Positions 34,512 to 42,671 of a stretch of 62,127 bases of DNA are shown piece after piece. Positions within the stretch are counted from its first letter, which is position 1; every line of letters starts with the position of its first letter. The DNA is taken from positions 1-62,127 of the forward strand of contig CAYTYD010000001.1 in assembly GCA_964441555.1 (NCBI GenBank), in the 5' to 3' direction. The notes under the pieces are model-generated. The model searched no databases. It had not been told where the DNA came from and saw only the letters and a list, made by a program, of their open reading frames with translations. The DNA is from an uncultured Phycisphaeraceae bacterium (GTDB lineage Bacteria > Planctomycetota > Phycisphaerae > Phycisphaerales > UBA1924). Both the position numbers and the translations under genes were made by a program.

Positions 34512-36431
34512 TCAGTTCACGCCGCCAGACAAGATCATCTGCTTGTCATGCTCGATCTTGAATGAGTACTCCAACCCAAACTCATTGGTCCCGATCGCAC
34601 TGGCTGGCACCGACACCTCCCAGCGCAACAGGCCAGACTTGGCCTTGTTCTTGGCATATTCCGGATCTTCAGACAATCCTGTGATCACACCCGGCGTGAT
34701 CGTCAAATCCTTGCTGGGCGAGAGGGGTAAGCGATCCTGCAATCGCACCTGCGCCGGTGTCGTGCCGAAATTCTCCAGCCGCAGGCGATACGCCACGTTG
34801 ATCACGCGATTGCCACCCTGCGTGCTTTCCGTCCGCTCCACCAGATCTCGATACGCCCGCAGCGAGGAATCGATGCCAAATCCCACAGTGAAATGTTCGC
34901 CAGCGGTGATCGTCGCCATGTCGCCACGCCCGACAAACGCGCCATCGGCATACGTCGTCAGTGGCCCGGCCAGCAGCACCATGTTGCTGCTGTTGGTCAC
35001 ACTCGCCTCGTCATACACATACGACGTCAGCGCCGGGCTCGCCACCTTGGCAAAGCTCGCTGGCAATTTCGCCGCCGTGATCTGCACCAATTGATGATCG
35101 TCGCGGCTGGGCACGCTGATCTTTCCCGGCAACGCGTACGTCACGCTCAATCCCTCACTTCGCGCCGGCTTGATGGCGTCGCCCTTTCGCAGAATGCTCC
35201 GACTCGCCACCAGATCCAGCAACTGGTCATCCGCCGCGGCAAGGTTGATGTCCTTTGTCAATCTCACCTTCAACTCCGTGGCCTCATCACGCCACTGCCC
35301 GAATGATCCGCCTCCACCCGGCATTCCCGCTGTCTGCGCACGAGTTTGCGACGGCACACCTTCCGGCCTTCCCGGCGCGCGGTTCATCGCCTCGTTCAAC
35401 ATCGCCTGCTTATCACGCAGTTCTCTCTTGGCATCGTCATAGCTCTTGCTCATCAGTTCGCGTGTCCGCGCCACCTCCGCATCCGCCTGCGGGTTTGCAA
35501 GCGCCAGCGTCATCGGCAGTAATTTGGGCCCATCCGAAGCCAGTGATGGCGTCGCCGTCGACAGCGTCAGCGATGCATCGCTCCAATCCTCGCCGGAAAG
35601 CTGCGTGATATCGGCGAAGTACTCCAGTTGAACCGTCTTGTCGCTGTTCTGCTGCGACCGTGTGTCCCGCCGCGCCACATAGCTGGGCGACCACGTCGCG
35701 TTGTTGACGATGTAGTACAGGTTCACTCGCCCGCCTGCGCTGGCATCCTTATTCAGCGTGATCACCGCTTCGTGCATGGTCTTTGACGAGCCAACCGTGA
35801 CAAGCTGCCGCTCGCGCGTCGCCTGGGCCAGTTGCTGCTCCAATCCCTGCTTCTCCGCCGCCAGCGCCAGCTCACGTTCGGCAAACTTGGCCCGCTCACC
35901 CATGATAAATGTCGAGATCTCCTGCACCGTCTTGGCATTCAGCACGCCGGATTTGAACTCCGTCGCGGCAGTGGGGGCCACAAACCCCTGCAATGACTCC
36001 ACATACTTCTTCTGCTCTTCGATCAATCCTGCCTGCCGCGCATTGGCGGTGAGCTTCCCCTGCAATTCAGAAATCTTGGCATCCAGCGCCCGCACATTCT
36101 CATTCACATCCGCCACCACCGGCCGGGCTCGGTAGCGAACGCTCTGCACCTTGGCCCCGCTCAGCCCCTCGGCAAACAAGCTCGCCGGCTCGATCGTCGC
36201 GGGCAATTCCGTCACCACCAGTTCCACCAGCCCGCGTGCCCCCCCCCCACCGCCCCCCGGAACCTCGATACCCCGCATCACCATCGCCTGACCCCGATAC
36301 ACCGTGACCGCCTCGACCTTTCCCTTGGATGTCGGCCCTTCGGCCCCCCACGCCCCCATCGCCACGCTGCACATCTGCCCACACACGCACACCAAAACCG
36401 CCGCCAACACCATCGTCTGCTTGCTCGCCAT
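34512..36431 (-). CDS. DUF4140/DUF4139 (TIGR02231, mucoidy-inhibitor MuiA-like) protein
   Basis: Signal MASKQTMVLAAVLVCVCGQMCSVAMG, N-terminal VEAVTVYRGQAMV, a central coiled coil, and a C-terminal beta-rich region typical of the family. Confidence 0.7.
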   Translation of the reverse strand: MASKQTMVLAAVLVCVCGQMCSVAMGAWGAEGPTSKGKVEAVTVYRGQAMVMRGIEVPGGGGGGARGLVELVVTELPATIEPASLFAEGLSGAKVQSVRYRARPVVADVNENVRALDAKISELQGKLTANARQAGLIEEQKKYVESLQGFVAPTAATEFKSGVLNAKTVQEISTFIMGERAKFAERELALAAEKQGLEQQLAQATRERQLVTVGSSKTMHEAVITLNKDASAGGRVNLYYIVNNATWSPSYVARRDTRSQQNSDKTVQLEYFADITQLSGEDWSDASLTLSTATPSLASDGPKLLPMTLALANPQADAEVARTRELMSKSYDDAKRELRDKQAMLNEAMNRAPGRPEGVPSQTRAQTAGMPGGGGSFGQWRDEATELKVRLTKDINLAAADDQLLDLVASRSILRKGDAIKPARSEGLSVTYALPGKISVPSRDDHQLVQITAAKLPASFAKVASPALTSYVYDEASVTNSSNMVLLAGPLTTYADGAFVGRGDMATITAGEHFTVGFGIDSSLRAYRDLVERTESTQGGNRVINVAYRLRLENFGTTPAQVRLQDRLPLSPSKDLTITPGVITGLSEDPEYAKNKAKSGLLRWEVSVPASAIGTNEFGLEYSFKIEHDKQMILSGGVN

Positions 36432-36544
36432 GACCATTCTCCTGGGCACCCATCGCCCGACACGCCGACACGCTCGCGGCACGGGTGCACAGAAACCTAC
36501 TCGCCACCACCCCTCTGGTTGGTCACCTTTCGGTAACAGCGCGC

Positions 36545-37879
36545 TCAGTCATCGATATGTTCTCGAACTCCGGTCTGTTTTTCAGCCTTCTCAAACGCTT
36601 CTTCAATCACTCGCTCGTCATCATCCGACATGGTGAGAGATTGGCGATACTCAAGTGCTTCTGGATCTGCTTTGTAGACAACCTCTCCGTGTTGCTGTTT
36701 CACCAAGTCGACGATCCGATCCAGGTCAACACGGAAATACTCCTTCCGGAGGTTGACGCGATTGACTCGGTGTTTCTGAAGCGCCTTGTGTAACGCGTTC
36801 TCCAGCTTTGGCGCGTCGTCGCACGCAATCATCAGGTGAACATCGAATGGGAACGGCACGGATGCGTCGCCTAATTCCGAAACACGGTCCAGTGGTTCCA
36901 AGCGGCGTGTCATACCAACCTTGTACACGCCTTCGCCCATCGTGCCGATGTTCGAGATGACGTATATGTTGCCTGCTTTGGTGAGTTCTGCCATGGCCTT
37001 GGCCCTGACACCGCGCGCTTCGGCCTCTGCCAGACGCGCCTGAAGCCGCTGAACCTCCTCGTTGTGCTGATTCCCCGCATCGCGCAGCGCTTTGGCGAGC
37101 GCTGCTTGAACTGCCGCACGCTCTCGCTCAAGCTGTTGTAGTTCTTTTTCGATCTCGCGTTCGCGTGCTTGCTGCTCGCGAATCTCGGCCTTGATGCGTG
37201 CCTGCTCCTCTTTTTGCAGCGCGATTCGGACCTCTTCTTCAAAATCCGCTTTGAGCTTTGTCAAAAGTCGGTCTTCTTCCGCCTTCGGAACGTTTGCTCC
37301 AATTTCGCGGCACCATTCGATGACGTCGGTCAATTTCTGCCGACACGACGTGTAGTTGTTTGAAGAGATCGTCTTTGCAAGCCACTTCTCAACGTCGGCA
37401 AGGTATCGCGCGGCCAGTTCATCCGCTCGCTTGCCAAGAATTGTTTGCTGTTGTTTCGTGTCTCGCACATCCTGCGCGAGCTTTCGGTTGTGAATCATCG
37501 ATCGAGAAAGCTCTTGCCTCGCCAACCGGTATGCCTCTATTAACTCCTCTTTGCGTGATTTTTCTGACTCAAAACGGAATCGCTCTGTTTGAAGTTCCGT
37601 TCTGGCGCTCTGTAGAGATGCCTCTTGTTGCGTGGCGGTGACGCGTTTTTGCTCTAGTTCGAAATATGCGTTAGCCAAATCTTCCTTGAAAGACGCTTCT
37701 CTTTTCAAGAAGTCTTTATGCTTGGCCTCTGTGGCAGCCGTCTGCTCGCGCTGCTTGGCAAACAGTTCTTGATTGGATAGCTGTTGCGCTTCGACGGCCT
37801 TCCTTTTCTTGTCGCCGAGAAAATACACACACACTCCACCAAGCACGAAAGCAAACACTGCAAGAATGAGATAGAGCAT
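36545..37879 (-). CDS. TM + coiled-coil DUF4041-like protein with C-terminal T5orf172 (GIY-YIG-like) domain
   Basis: N-terminal TM MLYLILAVFAFVLGGVCVYFLG. About 270 aa of heptad-rich E/R/Q/A coiled coil. C-terminal GNIYVISNIGTMGEGVYKVGMTRRLEPLDRVSELGDASVPFPFDVH...KEYFRV (T5orf172 pattern). Local GC about 48-50%. Confidence 0.8.
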   Translation of the reverse strand: MLYLILAVFAFVLGGVCVYFLGDKKRKAVEAQQLSNQELFAKQREQTAATEAKHKDFLKREASFKEDLANAYFELEQKRVTATQQEASLQSARTELQTERFRFESEKSRKEELIEAYRLARQELSRSMIHNRKLAQDVRDTKQQQTILGKRADELAARYLADVEKWLAKTISSNNYTSCRQKLTDVIEWCREIGANVPKAEEDRLLTKLKADFEEEVRIALQKEEQARIKAEIREQQAREREIEKELQQLERERAAVQAALAKALRDAGNQHNEEVQRLQARLAEAEARGVRAKAMAELTKAGNIYVISNIGTMGEGVYKVGMTRRLEPLDRVSELGDASVPFPFDVHLMIACDDAPKLENALHKALQKHRVNRVNLRKEYFRVDLDRIVDLVKQQHGEVVYKADPEALEYRQSLTMSDDDERVIEEAFEKAEKQTGVREHIDD

Positions 37880-38572
37880 TTAATCTCCCGCCTCGGTGGT
37901 ATTGGTCGAACTCAGCCAAAGGTGTTGGGCTGGCTTCGTGCATGTTGAACATTCATCGATTGTCATCGCCTCGAAAAGGTCGCGTCGAGTCTCGACCCCG
38001 CACGTCAGACATCGCATTTTCGCGACTCTCTTGTTTATGGTTAGCTGGTATGTGGTCTGCTGACGCTCGCCAAACTGCTCAACGACTCCCAATGAAATCA
38101 GGTCGTCGATGAGCCGCTTGGTCCATTCCGTGCTCTTCTGAAGTCTGGTTGATAGTTGTGTGATGTCTTTTGATTCTCCGTCCTCCAGAATCGACCAAAG
38201 GTCCACGACTATCGCAAGTCGAGCGAATGACTCGTTGAGTTCAGCGGCGAGGTCCGCATCAGCAACCTTGTCAATCCGCTTGTTGTCTTTCAGGACGGTG
38301 GAAAGTTCGGCGAGGGCCTCGGATTCGATGAGGGCTGGGGCCCAGCGCAGTGCCCATTGAATCGTTCTTACATGTTTGAAAGTCTTGCCCTCGTAACGCA
38401 CCTCAAATTGCATCATGCCGCTAATGTGCTCCCAACTTTGCCGAGCATGGCTCATGGCTTCTATGAAGTCGCCTCGGTCTGCCGCTTGAAACATGAGAGT
38501 TTCGTACTTTGAGTACTCCTCGCTGTCGCGTTGTAGTTCCGCCTTGGTTGCCACACGCCACCTCCCTTTCAC
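37880..38572 (-). CDS. Hypothetical protein with wHTH-like segment and C-terminal CxxC-x16-CxxC zinc ribbon
   Basis: Its TAA abuts the ATG of the downstream T5orf172 gene (TAAATG). ITQLSTRLQKSTEWTKRLIDDLISLGVVEQ (wHTH-like). MRCLTCGVETRRDLFEAMTIDECSTC. Start is GTG 38572 or ATG 38494. Confidence 0.6.
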   Translation of the reverse strand: MKGRWRVATKAELQRDSEEYSKYETLMFQAADRGDFIEAMSHARQSWEHISGMMQFEVRYEGKTFKHVRTIQWALRWAPALIESEALAELSTVLKDNKRIDKVADADLAAELNESFARLAIVVDLWSILEDGESKDITQLSTRLQKSTEWTKRLIDDLISLGVVEQFGERQQTTYQLTINKRVAKMRCLTCGVETRRDLFEAMTIDECSTCTKPAQHLWLSSTNTTEAGD

Positions 38573-38648
38573 TTTCCAACCCCAGATTACCGCCCCACAA
38601 ACCCGCCGTCGCTTCCCCTTGGCGCTTTATTTGCGTCGCAGGTACTCC

Positions 38649-38672
38649 AACCTGACATACTGCTGTCAGGTT
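38649..38672. promoter_or_regulatory. Perfect 9-bp inverted repeat in the divergent promoter region (operator candidate)
   Basis: AACCTGACA-TACTGC-TGTCAGGTT, 77 nt upstream of the GTG at 38572 and about 50 nt upstream of the MBL-fold gene. Confidence 0.35.
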
Positions 38673-38718
38673 CAGTGCTTATTCGGACGCTTTTTCGACT
38701 GCTGGGTTGTCGGCTACT

Positions 38719-39750
38719 ATGCCCCTCGCACACCGCCCCGGACGACAGCCCGGGTTTGGAGATTGGTCGATGCTTCCTAAGCCCCCGCCGCGTGACGGCA
38801 CCATCGGGTTCTTGTACCTCCCCCCATACCGCATTCAGGGCGTTTCCATCGCTGGCGAGGCGACTTGCATCCAGGTTCCCGAGCTCGACATCTGTTTCGA
38901 TATGGGTCTGTGCCCGCGCATGGCTTTGGCTTCCAAGATCTGCGCCATCTCCCATGGTCACATGGATCACATCGGCGGCCTGGCATATTGGTGCAGCCAG
39001 CGCAAGTTCCAGGGCATGGGCGTCGGCAAGATCATCTGCGATGAGCGCATCGCCCCCGCCATCGACAAGATGATGGCCGGGTTTGTCGATCTGGAACGCC
39101 AGCGCACTCCCTACGAACTCATCAAGGTCCAGCCCGGACAAGACCTCCAGATCAAGAACGGCATCTTCCTCCGCCCCTTCCTCACCGAGCACACCGCCCC
39201 CAGCATGGGCTACTCGCTCATCGAGAAGCGCTCCAAACTCAAGCCCGAGTTTCTCGACCTTCCCCAGGAAAAGCTCCGCGAGCTCAAAGATCGTGGCATC
39301 GAGATCACCCGCACCCTCGAAATCCCCCTCATCGCCTATGTCGGCGATACAGCACCGGGCCCACACCTGATCCACGATGACATCCGTAAGGCCCAGATCG
39401 TGCTGGGTGAGTGCACCTTCTTTGAGCCCGATCACAAGGACCGCGCCAAGATCGGCATGCACATGCACGTCAGTGATGTCGCCGAATGGCTCCGTGTGCT
39501 CGAGTGTCAGCACCTGATCCTCATCCACGTCTCGCGCCGCACCGATATGCAGGCCGCCCGCAAGCACTTCGTGCAGGCCGTGGGCGAAGAGGCCGCTTCC
39601 AAGGTCCTCTTCCTGATGGATCACAAGACCAACCGACTCCGCTACGAGAAACAACTCGCCGAGGCCGAGGCCCTCGCCGCCGCTCACGCCGCGGCAAGTG
39701 GCAAAAAGCAGTACCCGGATGTGCAGGTCGAAGCCGAAGACGACCAGTGA
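38719..39750 (+). CDS. MBL-fold metallo-hydrolase (RNase Z/BN-like)
   Basis: HGHMDH motif, downstream GDTAP and a His-rich C-terminal core. The start is uncertain: TTG 38707, ATG 38719 or ATG 38770. Confidence 0.8.
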   Translation: MPLAHRPGRQPGFGDWSMLPKPPPRDGTIGFLYLPPYRIQGVSIAGEATCIQVPELDICFDMGLCPRMALASKICAISHGHMDHIGGLAYWCSQRKFQGMGVGKIICDERIAPAIDKMMAGFVDLERQRTPYELIKVQPGQDLQIKNGIFLRPFLTEHTAPSMGYSLIEKRSKLKPEFLDLPQEKLRELKDRGIEITRTLEIPLIAYVGDTAPGPHLIHDDIRKAQIVLGECTFFEPDHKDRAKIGMHMHVSDVAEWLRVLECQHLILIHVSRRTDMQAARKHFVQAVGEEAASKVLFLMDHKTNRLRYEKQLAEAEALAAAHAAASGKKQYPDVQVEAEDDQ

Positions 39751-39868
39751 TCAAAAGCACACCAACCTGCCGCTCGTGGTGTCACACGCGGCAGGTCGGT
39801 GATGTGCATGGTTCTTGTATTGATTTCAGATCAGTGAATGATGTTGGCGTAGAGGTCGGTCGAGCGGC

Positions 39869-40987
39869 TTAATAGGCAAAGTTCGAGAAGTAGTTGGCGG
39901 TAGTGAAGTTGCCGGGCCCGACGATGACGGGAGCCATTTCGTTTCCAGCGGCGATGCCGCCGTAGTTGGAAATGGTGTTGGCGCGAGCCGTGTTGCGGAT
40001 GATAAAGTTATCAGTGCCGTCAACCCACAGGCCCCAGTCATTACCGGTCATGTCGTTGTTCTCAACGCGGTTACCATGCCCCTGGATCCACAGCCCTGCA
40101 GAGTCGCTCGCCGCACCGTTGAGCCGCAACGTGTTGGAAGCGACAGTGCACGTTGAGCCCACGCGAACCCCCTGCCCGGTGTTGCTGAGTGCAAATGAGT
40201 TGGTCAGCGTGGAATGATCGCCGATGTCGAAGCCGCGCCCACTGGAGCGGGCGGTGCAGCGGTCGATGGTGACACCGGAGGTGAACTTGAAGCCGTAATT
40301 TGTGCAGTTGACGGCTGAGCAGTTCTCCAGCCGGACGCCGCTGGCTGTTGTCTCGAATCCAATGTCGCTGCAGTTGGTCGCGGTGCAGTTGGTAAGCACG
40401 CAAGAAACATCAACGTCGAATCCGCTCGTGCAGCCATCGGCAAAGCAATGGTCGAGGATGCACGCTCCGGCGATGCCAAACCCGCTGCCCGACTGGGATG
40501 CCACGCAATTACGAAGCACGAAACCGCCTCCGGTGCCAAAGCCAGAGGCTCCCGCGTTACTGAGTTGAACGCCTTCAATCAAACCCTTCGATGCACTGAA
40601 GAGCCGGATGCCAGTAGAAGACATGTTTTTAACAAAGCCGTTCTTGATGACGATTCCCGAGATCGAGGTCGTCGACTCGATCGCGTGAGTCCCTCCGGAG
40701 ATAGTGAAGCCGTTCAGATCGATGGTGACGTTGCTCGCCGTGATGAGGATGCCAACGGTCGTGTGGGTGATGTTGCCCGTCAGGTAGTACGACCCCGGCT
40801 GCGAGATCACAAACATGGCGCCAGACTGTCCGGGCGTGTTCGTCGCGTTGATCGCCGTCCGCGGCTCAACCTCAGAAAGCGTCTTCATCGTCGCCGTGAT
40901 CGGGCCCGGAGGAGGATTCAATGGCCCCGCCATCGCTGCCGAAGCCGCGGCCACCATCATCACTGTTACAAAGGTCTTACGCATCAT
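39869..40987 (-). CDS. Secreted right-handed parallel beta-helix repeat protein, paralog 1
   Basis: Signal MMRKTFVTVMMVAAASAAMAGP. Shared N-terminal box LNPPPGPITATMKTLSEVEPRTAINATNTPG. Repetitive G/N/S/T-rich beta-helix rungs. Ends NFAY. Confidence 0.75.
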   Translation of the reverse strand: MMRKTFVTVMMVAAASAAMAGPLNPPPGPITATMKTLSEVEPRTAINATNTPGQSGAMFVISQPGSYYLTGNITHTTVGILITASNVTIDLNGFTISGGTHAIESTTSISGIVIKNGFVKNMSSTGIRLFSASKGLIEGVQLSNAGASGFGTGGGFVLRNCVASQSGSGFGIAGACILDHCFADGCTSGFDVDVSCVLTNCTATNCSDIGFETTASGVRLENCSAVNCTNYGFKFTSGVTIDRCTARSSGRGFDIGDHSTLTNSFALSNTGQGVRVGSTCTVASNTLRLNGAASDSAGLWIQGHGNRVENNDMTGNDWGLWVDGTDNFIIRNTARANTISNYGGIAAGNEMAPVIVGPGNFTTANYFSNFAY

Positions 40988-41240
40988 GGGTCGTCTCCTG
41001 TGTGTACTGATTTGTTTGTGAGCCCGGGCCGAATGTGCTCTCTTGCTCATTCGTCACCCAAACTCCCAAGACAGTGCGACGACAACCGACAACAAAGCTA
41101 GAAAATGGGGTTCTTTCTGTATCAATCGCAAGATTGATCATCCCCGCCCACAGAGCATTCGCCAAAAACACACAAGCCCGCAGAGCGAAGTGTGTCGCCA
41201 TGCGGGCCTGGTGGTTTGAGGGGCGTTGTTCAGATTCGCA

Positions 41241-42383
41241 TCAATACAGAATGTTGGCGAAAGGATCAGTCGTGCCCAGCCCGCCGCCACTGTTGCCGTT
41301 GATCGCCGCACTCGATGTGCCAGTGACAATCGTGCCCACGCGGCTTCCTGCCGCAACATACATCGCTGTCGTGCAACCACGCAGGGTGTTTGAAACAATG
41401 TAGTGGCTGGTGGTGACAGATGAGATGCCTGTGGCCATGCGGGTGATCTGGTTGTCCTGCACCTTGGCACCGTTGGTGTCCTGAATCTTGATGCCGATGG
41501 TGTTGGCGACAAATGCCGGATTGGTGATGCTGTTGCCACGAATCAGGCACTCGCCACTGGCGAGAATGCCGATGACGGAACTGTTCGAGCAGACCGAGTC
41601 CAGCACGCTTCCGCTATCGATGACCACGCCAAGGCCGTTGGAGTCAGACGTGAAGTTGCTGACCAACCCGGTTCCAATACTCGCACCAGCACCGGCGTTA
41701 TACGAGGCGGTACAGTTCTTGATCGTCGCGCGGCGGACCGAGAACCCGTCAGCGGTATTGCGAATAGCAACACACCCTTCGATCAGCATGTCGTTGAGGC
41801 CATCAGACCACACGCCGCCACCATTCTGAATGAACTGGCAATTGCGAATCGTGCCGCCCGTGACGAGAGTGCCGTATGAGCTGCATCCCTCCACCACGAC
41901 ATTTTCAATTACAGCGCCCTGATTGCTGCTCGGAGCATGAATCAAAGAAATGCCCGTCGAGTCCGTATTCACGATTCTTCCGTTGCGAATCGTCGGCCGA
42001 TTCACTGTGTACCCGTACACACCGGCTCGCGATCCCGTGAGCCCCTTGATCGTGAATCCGTTCAGATCCACCGTCACGTCGCTCGCCGCGATCTGCACGC
42101 CGTACTTGCTCGCCTCGACCGTCACATCACTGCTCAGGTAATACGAACCTGGCTGCGAAATCACGAACATCGCGCCAGCGTTCCCCGGCGTGTTGGTGGC
42201 ATTGATCGCCATCCGCGGCTCAACCTCAGCCAAGGTCTTCATCGTCGCCGTAATCGGGCCCGGAGGAGGATTCAATGGCCCCGCCATCGCCACAGTCGCG
42301 GCAGATGCCAGCACCATCATCGACAAGCCGAGGTTCCTGATCTTCGTGTGGCGGTTCTTGTTGACATGCAGCTTGAGGTTCAT
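41241..42383 (-). CDS. Secreted right-handed parallel beta-helix repeat protein, paralog 2
   Basis: MNLKLHVNKNRHTKIRNLGLSMMVLASAATVAMAGPLNPPPGPITATMKTLAEVEPRMAINATNTPG. Beta-helix rungs. Ends NILY. Confidence 0.75.
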   Translation of the reverse strand: MNLKLHVNKNRHTKIRNLGLSMMVLASAATVAMAGPLNPPPGPITATMKTLAEVEPRMAINATNTPGNAGAMFVISQPGSYYLSSDVTVEASKYGVQIAASDVTVDLNGFTIKGLTGSRAGVYGYTVNRPTIRNGRIVNTDSTGISLIHAPSSNQGAVIENVVVEGCSSYGTLVTGGTIRNCQFIQNGGGVWSDGLNDMLIEGCVAIRNTADGFSVRRATIKNCTASYNAGAGASIGTGLVSNFTSDSNGLGVVIDSGSVLDSVCSNSSVIGILASGECLIRGNSITNPAFVANTIGIKIQDTNGAKVQDNQITRMATGISSVTTSHYIVSNTLRGCTTAMYVAAGSRVGTIVTGTSSAAINGNSGGGLGTTDPFANILY

Positions 42384-42671
42384 GGGCTTCTCCAGAAAGA
42401 ACTGAGTTGGCCCAAAGCCGAATCCGCTCCCTCGCGAATCCACCACTCCGGCACCGCAACTAATGCGACGCCATCTCCCGTCGTGGCTAAACCCCGCTGC
42501 ACAATCACGCCAAGAACCACTTATCGGGTCCGGCAATCACCAGTCAAGGCCTCTTTTCTGCCCCGTCCTCCCACTCACCTGCCACCTACCAAACTCACCA
42601 AAACCCGCTATCCTGACCCCTTGCCCGCTGGTCAGATCTGGTCGGCGGCAAATGCAGGAGTTCAAAAGCCC

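Noticed and set aside
41937-42671. N-terminal 245 aa of the 956-aa ORF fused to the POT transporter
   Set aside because: This part is antisense to the beta-helix paralog (41241..42383) and R/H-rich. The canonical POT N-terminus starts at ATG 42672.
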